Below are positions 56,619-64,000 of a stretch of DNA of 64,000 nucleotides, one piece after another. The stretch is from the NCBI RefSeq assembly GCF_001194135.2, contig NC_068996.1:9738924-9802923 (forward strand). Direction: 5' to 3'. The DNA is from Octopus bimaculoides (taxonomy: Eukaryota). Numbering within the stretch: the first letter of the stretch is position 1; every line of letters begins with the position of its first letter. Both the position numbers and the translations under genes were made by a program. The notes under the pieces were generated by a model that saw only the letters and a program-made list of their open reading frames with translations, was not told the origin of the DNA and ran no database searches.

Positions 56619-56813
56619 TATGTACGAGTTATGTATGGATGCAGCTAGGGTTCGTTCTTACCTCCGTCATTTGTAAATTTAAAATCTGAATTGACAAGTC
56701 TGGGACTTGCTCCGATTGATTGTCGGTTTATGTCTAGAATAATGGCTTTTTAATGAAAGAAGGATAAACCCGATGTTACTTTGGGACTCAGCAGTTGCCT
56801 TGTTTTCTTTCAG

Positions 56814-58111
56814 CAACACAAGCCGCAAAAGCAAAAGCCTGGTAAGTCTCCTGCCATTAAAGGCAAGAAGAAGAAGACCATTGTCAAGTATACAATTGAC
56901 TGCTCACAACCAGTTGAAGATGGCATTATGGATGTCAGCAAGTTTGTAAGTAATTTTCGTTTTGGTTTGTCATTTTTATACTTTGCTGCTTGGAGGAGAA
57001 TGTCTTGTAGCCAATATTCAAATGTAAAAGTTGAAAACTTTCTTGTGGCACTTTAGTAGCTGTGAAGCTTTGAAAAGATGCTGTGATTGTTGGTGTGCAT
57101 TGTATATGATGTTACTATCGCCCATGGAGTCAGGGAGGTATATATACAATGTCAGTAATGAGGACAGCTATTATAATTAAATCTTATGCTTACATTGTTT
57201 GTGAAACTTTGTGGCGAATGTGCTGATGATATGGCTGTGAGAGCATTTTGTTTAAGCCAACATTTATGTTGATTTCTTGTCTAATGTGAAGGCGGCTTTT
57301 GTGCCGCCCTTTGGATGTTAGGGTAACCTTCCCTAAGTTTCCACATTTTTCTCTTGCAGGAGCAGTTTTTGCATGACCGAATTAAGATTAATGGGAAGAC
57401 AAATAACTTTGACAATAATGTCTCATTAGAGAAGACCAAGTCAAAGATTGTGCTCACGGCAGATATTCCTTTTTCAAAGAGGTACGTATTGTTCTGATAT
57501 TAAAATGTTTTTCTTAACCATTCAGCATTCAGATTAATTTATCAAACATGCTTGTTGATTCACGTTTTTTTAAATTTAGTGACAGTTTCAATGCTTTTAA
57601 TGTGACATTATTTTGAGATTAACATTATGGGGTAGGTGTGGGGTGCTGAATCTGACCAGTTTCAACATGTTACAGAATATTTGTGCTGGATGTGGTCGTA
57701 TATAAATTTGTGCTGCAGAAGGGCATTTCTATTTCAAGTTCAGCTTTCTATGCAGGGGTGGTTGTTGATCTTAAGAATGCTAACATTTAGGGCCTGGTTC
57801 ATTTGAGATTTGTGACACTGCTGGTTGTGTTCCAGTTTCATCATATGAAATCATGTCAACCTCAAGAAAGGGGCATTTGAAGATTATGTTGCTTATAGAA
57901 TTTTTTTCTTTATGCTTTGAAGTTGCTAGTGTATAACTCTTTACATTTCTGCTTTATTGCTAGGTACTTGAAATATTTGGCCAAGAAATACCTGAAGAAG
58001 AATAGTCTTCGTGATTGGCTTCGAGTAGTTGCTGCCACTAAGGAGTCTTATGAATTACGCTATTTCCATATCAATAATGAGGAAGATGAAGATGATGAGG
58101 GTAATGAATAA
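56814..58111 (+). CDS. RPL22: 60S ribosomal protein L22 (eL22), coding exons 2-4: 56814-56945, 57360-57481, 57964-58111; ATG exon not located
   Basis: [44 protein letters not shown] | [41 protein letters not shown] | [48 protein letters not shown] then stop. GT-AG boundaries with phases 0/0/2. Confidence 0.97.
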
Positions 58112-58148
58112 GGCTGACATTCTTTTGTACAGTGTCATTAAGGTTAAT

Positions 58149-58154
58149 AATAAA
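58149..58154 (+). terminator. RPL22 polyadenylation signal
   Basis: AATAAA 38 nt after the stop codon, followed by a GT/T-rich segment. Confidence 0.8.
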
Positions 58155-58829
58155 TAATTAAAAAAAAGTTGTTTGGTTGTTGTATTCATCTTTGCTTTGT
58201 GCATGTTCATGTAGTTTTAAGACAGACCTGATTTGAGTGGTATTTGATGCACCAATTTTTAGAAGCTATTGTTGCAAATTTTCTTTTGCTGTCATCTTGG
58301 CACCATTCCAGTTTTATTATATTTGAGGAAGGGTGGGGATTTATTGGTGCTTGACTGTTCATATTGTATGGCTGTGTAGACTGACCTTGTTAGGATTGCA
58401 TTGAATATCTAATATATTACAAGTTTTTTTTACTCAGAGATAAAATATTACAGGGGTTGTGCAAAACAGTACTATTGATCTCAAATTTCAGTGTTGGCGG
58501 ATCTTTGTTGTTTGATGATAACTTGGTTGTTTAATCAACTGAATTAATGTGCAAGAGTAGTTTAGCATTCCACAGACATGTATACTATTTAGCATAATTC
58601 TCGGGTGGAATTGGTACCTTTTTTTATTACGGGTGCAAACTATCCACTAGGTGTCTATAAGTTTTACATCTATCTAGTTTTCGGATCTTTATGATTTGAC
58701 AGGCAACATTTTTTTATGTAGTGTTTTTGGTACCGAAACACTTTCAAACTTCGAATACTTGCATATTTTTGTGTTATAGAACAGATTTTGTATTCGAAGT
58801 TATTTCATGTTAAAAATTGTCGTATTTCG

Positions 58830-59030
58830 GTAATTTCAACCAATCACTGACGTCTATTGATGTGAAAACAATTACGCCGTGGAATGTAAACAACGGTGTT
58901 ACGGGATTTTTTCCATTGAATAAAATTAGTGCCGTTGTTTGTCAACAACAACTATCAGCGGTGTATATTTCGTTTGGGGTTCAGGTTTTAGAGTATGTTG
59001 ACTGGAGTTTGTAGACGCCATGTAGTGAGA
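58830..59030 (+). promoter_or_regulatory. Promoter-like CpG patch downstream of RPL22
   Basis: CCAAT at 58840, TGACGTC at 58848, TGTAAACA at 58885, GACGCCATG at about 59015, and a candidate donor GA|GTATGT at 58993. Confidence 0.35.
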
Positions 59031-59499
59031 ACAAACTGGGCATTTCATGGTTGTGAAATAGCCATACTCTTAATAATGCTTGTTTAGAATTGATTCCACA
59101 TTATCTTCAGCTTTAACCTTTCAAAGATGACACTCCGGGGTAGATGTGAGAGGCTGGGCCTAGTCAGAATGTTAAAGGAGTCACAATGGTTAAAAGGCAA
59201 CACGTTAGGTTCACTTCTTTTAATCCTATTGCTACCAACCACTCCTGGTTTTCTAATACAAACTTCTTGTTTAAAAAGACCTAGTGGTAAGAGCTGAACA
59301 AAGGACTGTGTTCCTGCAGAAATCATCATCACTTAACGTCTGCTTTCCATGCTAGCATGAGTTGGAGGATTTGAGTAAAATTTATGACTTTTTGGTTTTC
59401 CACACTGGCAGTACCCTGTTTGATAATTGGGAGTTACTTGGATGGATGTATTGCTGATGGAAATGAGGAAAATAGCCCCACTCATAGGGAGCAGATTTA

Positions 59500-60127
59500 C
59501 AGGGTGCGCTGAATAAACTCTAAATTACACAAAAATGAAGCTACATCTCATTTTAACATATTTACCAAAATTAAATTTTTAAAATGTCTTGAAATACTAA
59601 GGAATAAATTTGCTGTTGGCTTCAATCATGGTCTCCAGGTAACTTCAAAATCTCTTCTGGACAGTCTCCTTGTTTAAGTTGGTAAATGCTGCCATAATTT
59701 TTGGTGTTACAAGGAGTTTTGGTCTCTCGCTCAACTGTACCTCACATAATAATCAAGGGAGTTGCAGAAATTGACAGCCATGACTGGGCTTTCCTGCTTC
59801 GTGTTGAGTCTGCAGCCATGAATGGAAGCATAACATTGCCATTGCTAGTGATCACTCCAAACACCATAATGTTGACTGGATGTTTGATTTTTATCATTCA
59901 GTACACATCCAAACATTGAAATGTTCATATTGAAACTTCTGGTGTGAACGCCAAGTAGTACAGCATGTGTCCGAATTTCTGGCAGAGTGAATTGCATCAT
60001 AGTGCTGTTTTTCTCACAGACGGTGACCAGCTGACCCTATTATACTGTGTAGTCAACAAAAGCGAAAACGAACAATACACATGCAAAATCAGAAACAAAA
60101 TGGCAACAATTTACCCATTGCACTCTC
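59500..60127 (-). mobile_element. Internally deleted maT/DD37D-like Tc1/mariner element
   Basis: TA|CAGGGTGCGCTGAATAAAC terminus. Minus-strand fragments IKHPVNIMVFGVITSNGNVMLPF, PLDYYVxGTVERET and KIMAAFTNLNKETVQK. Confidence 0.7.
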
Positions 60128-60770
60128 TCACTATATGTATATGTGTAAGGTGGACTTCTTCCAGTTTTCTTCTATTATACCCACTCTGGATACCACACAG
60201 TAGGACTGGCATTGATCCTGAAATTGTATGTTTGAGAAAGTGAACTTAACCGTGTGTCCCTGCATGCAAATATATATCAGAAAGATGTTGGTGATGTACT
60301 TGTTCTGAAATGAACAGCAAACTCAAACTCTAAATCCTTGTAGGAATCAGTAATTACCACTACGCTTTACTGGGATTTTTTTTCTTCTATCTCAGAGCAT
60401 ATGCTAGATAGATTTGTATCTTTTGTTATTGAGAATAAATTCATTGCAGTTTGTATATGCTAAATCTTTAGTGTCTCCCACCATTACATAAATGATCTTT
60501 GATAATGGAAGCTCATCAGTTTTATGTAGAGAATGGATGAATGGATTTAACCTGTAATGGCTAAAACAAATGAAAGAACTTGAGAATTTTCATAATGGAC
60601 TAATGATAGGTGTAGGTTTATTCAAAAAGATATAAGAATGTTCTTGCTTGGACAGTACTCTTGTTATCTCAGTCATTAGAGGGGACCAGCTTGAAGATAT
60701 TTTAGTCAAATGAATTGACCTCACTATTTTTTATTTTAACCCTTTAGCTTTCATGTAATGCTTTTCTTTT

Positions 60771-61050
60771 TCTTTTACTTGTTTGAGTGGAGCACCGCCT
60801 TTAGTTGAATCAAATCAACCCCAGGACTTATTCTTTGTAAGCCTAGTACTTATTCTATCGGTCTCTTTTGCCAAACCGCTAAGTTACAGGGACCTAAACA
60901 CACCAGCATCAGTTGTCAAGCAATGTTGGAGGGGGGGGGACATATATACGATGGGCTTCTCTACAGTTTCCGTCTACCAAATCCACTCACTCACAAGGCT
61001 TTGGTCGGCCCAAGGTTATAGTAGAAGACACTTGCCGAAGGTGCCACACT
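60771..61050 (-). mobile_element. SINE family A (further degenerate copies at about 61205-61450, 61500-61620, 62560-62680 and 63900-64000)
   Basis: TCTTTTACTTGTTTG tail and family A body. Confidence 0.85.
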
Positions 61051-62344
61051 TATTCACATTTTTCAAAAATTAATCGTACATTATTTCATAACTGCAAGAT
61101 TTTGATGATGTGGTTATTTACTTTTAGAATGGCATTGTGGGGTGAGTATAAGAGGCCAGATGAAGCAGGTAGAATATTTGGGCTGATTTTAATGCTAAAG
61201 GAATTAAACCCGGTACTTAGTCTATTGTTCTCTTTTGCTGAATCACTAAGTTACAAGGCCCTAACCACTTGTCAAGCAGTGGTGAGGCACAAAGACATAT
61301 ATATGATGGGCTTCTTTCAGTTTCCATCTACTGAATCCATTCACGAGGCTTTAGTCAGCCCAAGGTTACAGTTGGAGACACTTGCTCAAATACCATGCAG
61401 TGGGACTGAAACCCAGACCCATGTGGTTGGGAAGTAAGCTTCTTGCCACACCTGCAACTATGTGCAATATACTGAATATGAATCAGGCATTGCTGTTTAC
61501 TTCACAGCCATGTAGTTCTGGGTTCAATCTTACTGCACTGTACTGTGAATGAATCTCTCCTGTAACACTAGATTGACCAATACTTGTGCTTCGAATTTAG
61601 TAGATAGGGACTGTGGATTGACCATTATATGTTTGTCTTGCACTAAACTGCAGACACTTCTCTCTTGTTTAGCCATTGAAAATCTGTAACTAAGAATACT
61701 TTTATTCACAAATGTAAACTGAAATACACACTTGCATAAATAAAAATAAAATATTAAGAAAAAAAAAAGTTTATTGCAAAAGAAATCAAAAAGCATTAGC
61801 ATAAATATTTTCGGGCTGATTTATATTCTGGCAATGATCTTAGCTTTCTATAAACATAACCATTCTCTTGGATGGCTATTTTAACATTTGATTATACAGG
61901 TTGAACTAATTTTGTGTTCATTGGATAAGTTGGTGTTAACATTTAATTATGTGCAGCATTAAAAAAGCATAAATGGAAATAATTAGTGACATCATTTTTT
62001 AACAAAATGTCAATGAATTAATATATCCATTTTTTCTGCTGTTGAGATCTAGATAAGACGGGAACATGTCCAAAGTTCCAGTCTTATCTAGAAAAATGAC
62101 AATATTACTGACTTAGTAATTAATTTTTTTTTTTTTTACCTCAATACACATTCATTTTATTTAATATCACAAATGATAAATAATGGCATTACTGGTCAGA
62201 GATTTCCAACCTGGCCATTCACTGCATTTGTGACAAGTGTCTCTAATAAGTCGGTGTAGTACGGATATTGATTTAATTGGCTGATATAAATCCATTAATG
62301 TTATATGCACATATATTTGTGTAAGACAGTTTCTTATTTCTTTA

Positions 62345-62540
62345 CTGCACACAGAGGGGACAAACGGATCAAGTTGATTATATTGACCCCAGTGTGTAAC
62401 AGGTACTTATTTAATCGACCCCGAAAGGATGAAAGGCAAAGTCGACCTCGGCAGAATTTGAACTCAGAACGTATTGGCAGACGAAATACCGCTAAGCATT
62501 TCACCCAGCATGCTAACGTTTCTGCCAGCTCGTCGCCTTA
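62345..62540 (-). mobile_element. SINE family B
   Basis: GAAAGGATGAAAGGCAAAGTCGACCTCGGCAGAATTTGAACTC ... TCTGCCAGCTCG. Confidence 0.88.
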
Positions 62541-64000
62541 GACAGTTTCTATCTAACCAAATTCTACTATCACAAATGTTTGGTCAACTCATGAGTATGG
62601 TAGAAGACATTTGTCCAAAGTACCATGCTGCAGGATTGAACCAGAAACTATGTGAATCAGCTGCACTTTCTTTAAACCACACAACCATTTATATAGTTAA
62701 AAAAACTCATTAAATGTTAACACAAATTTATCTAAATGTTATGTTATTCCACATAGATGGAAATTATGCACCACAGTTTTAAATTATTAATTACTTTAGA
62801 TAGAAATGTCTTTAATTAATTTAGACTTCCAGTTTTGTATATTAGATTCATTTACATAAACTTCACTTTGGAATAACTCATAGATTCTAAAGCAGGTTCA
62901 AATCCTTGTTTACATATTTCCCATCTCTGTTTGTCTGTCTGTCTCTCTCCTTTCTTTCAGTGAAATAGAAATATATGTTTATTATATTTTATGTTGATCC
63001 CAACTTATAAAATGCATATTGGGATATTATCTGAAATCAAATCAAAAAGGAATTTTTTTTTTTTAATTGCACTGATTTATCATCACATTTTACAGACCCC
63101 TGTTTTCCAGTGAGGATAAGTATGGACGGTTAGTTAATCAGCAGAACTGCTGATGCTTCTAGTTCCCTACTTGTTATAAAACTTTCTTGATGACATATTT
63201 CAGGTGAGTTTAGTACCTAAGAGACATTGGTGTATCTGGTGATTTTTGTTTCTTGGTTCCAAGTTCACTTTTGCATTAATTGTATTTTTCTTTTATTTTC
63301 TAATTTTTTTTTCTTTTAATGTTCAGTGAAAATAGATTCCTCCATTAGTTTATAATCCTTAACTTCAATAAAAATTTCACTGGTTTTGAACATTTTATTG
63401 TTGTGAAAAGAGCCTTTTGAGAAAATATGTTGTTGATCATGTATCTAATAAGGTCCTGTATTTAGCTATCGTTTTCATCCACATGTTTCACAAAACACAT
63501 CATCTTGAAGATTTGATAAGAAATCCCTGCAAGAATAATGTTGAAAAGAAGAATATTAGTAAAGATAATGGAAGTGGGATAGTGGTGGTGAATACTTTTC
63601 TTTATCAATTTGTTTTTTTATTTTGCTTTGTGGGAGTCTGTAAATTTGGACATTGATGTACTGATTACTGGATCAGGTATGTTTATAGTTGGATGTCTTT
63701 CTAACTGAAGTGTATGTGAGAATTATCATCAATTTAATATCCACTTCCTCATGCTTGCATGAGTCAGTTTGAAATCGTTGGGGCTAATTTTCTATGGTCA
63801 GATGACCTTCATGTTGCCAACCCCCACCTGTTTCAAGCAGGTTAATATTTCTCCATGACCAGACATTTCACAGAAGCATTCGTTTACAACTTGCACCATG
63901 TTAAGGCAAGGGCACACTAACACACACATATACATACAACAGACTTCTTTCAGTTTCCACCTACCAAAATGACTCGAAGCATTAGCAGGCCTGAGACTAT

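Noticed and set aside
57318-57336. TTAGGG/CCCTAA as telomeric sequence
   Set aside because: Single units in inverted orientation form a hairpin, not a telomeric array.
57060-57350. H/ACA or C/D snoRNA call in RPL22 intron 2
   Set aside because: No C box with a matching CUGA D box. The H and ACA candidates are misplaced relative to the hairpins, and one ACA is only about 14 nt from the acceptor.
61128-61141. 14-nt ATG-containing exon (MALW) of a downstream gene
   Set aside because: Splice signals are good, but it sits between SINE copies and no downstream exon continues the frame.

Overview
Repeat-rich, AT-rich animal genomic DNA with 10 N-gaps. The repeat complement resembles an octopus/coleoid cephalopod genome, which is an inference and was not checked against a database. 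Two housekeeping genes lie head-to-head. AP2M1 (AP-2 complex subunit mu) is on the - strand: nine coding exons are readable between 25515 and 43252, one further coding exon is probably hidden in the gap at 37032-37440, a candidate non-coding first exon lies near 53.2-53.3 kb, and the 3' UTR is probably about 5 kb. RPL22 (60S ribosomal protein eL22) is on the + strand with coding exons 2-4 at 56814-58111; its ATG exon was not located. The rest is tRNA-derived SINEs (three families), an RTE-tailed element family, LINE remnants (RTE, R4/Dong-like, Penelope GIY-YIG), DD37D/maT and mariner transposons, hAT and piggyBac MITEs, two foldback elements and microsatellites. The best leads are all hypotheses: (1) a 9-nt AP2M1 microexon candidate at the position of the vertebrate 6-nt microexon; (2) a possible RPL22 splicing-autoregulation module, made of an NMD-inducing internal donor, a long intronic hairpin and an eL22-type stem-loop over the branch point; (3) a hammerhead-ribozyme core inside a 44-bp foldback on the sense strand of AP2M1 intron 1; (4) a possible unannotated + strand transcript at about 16.3-20.25 kb converging on the AP2M1 3' end.
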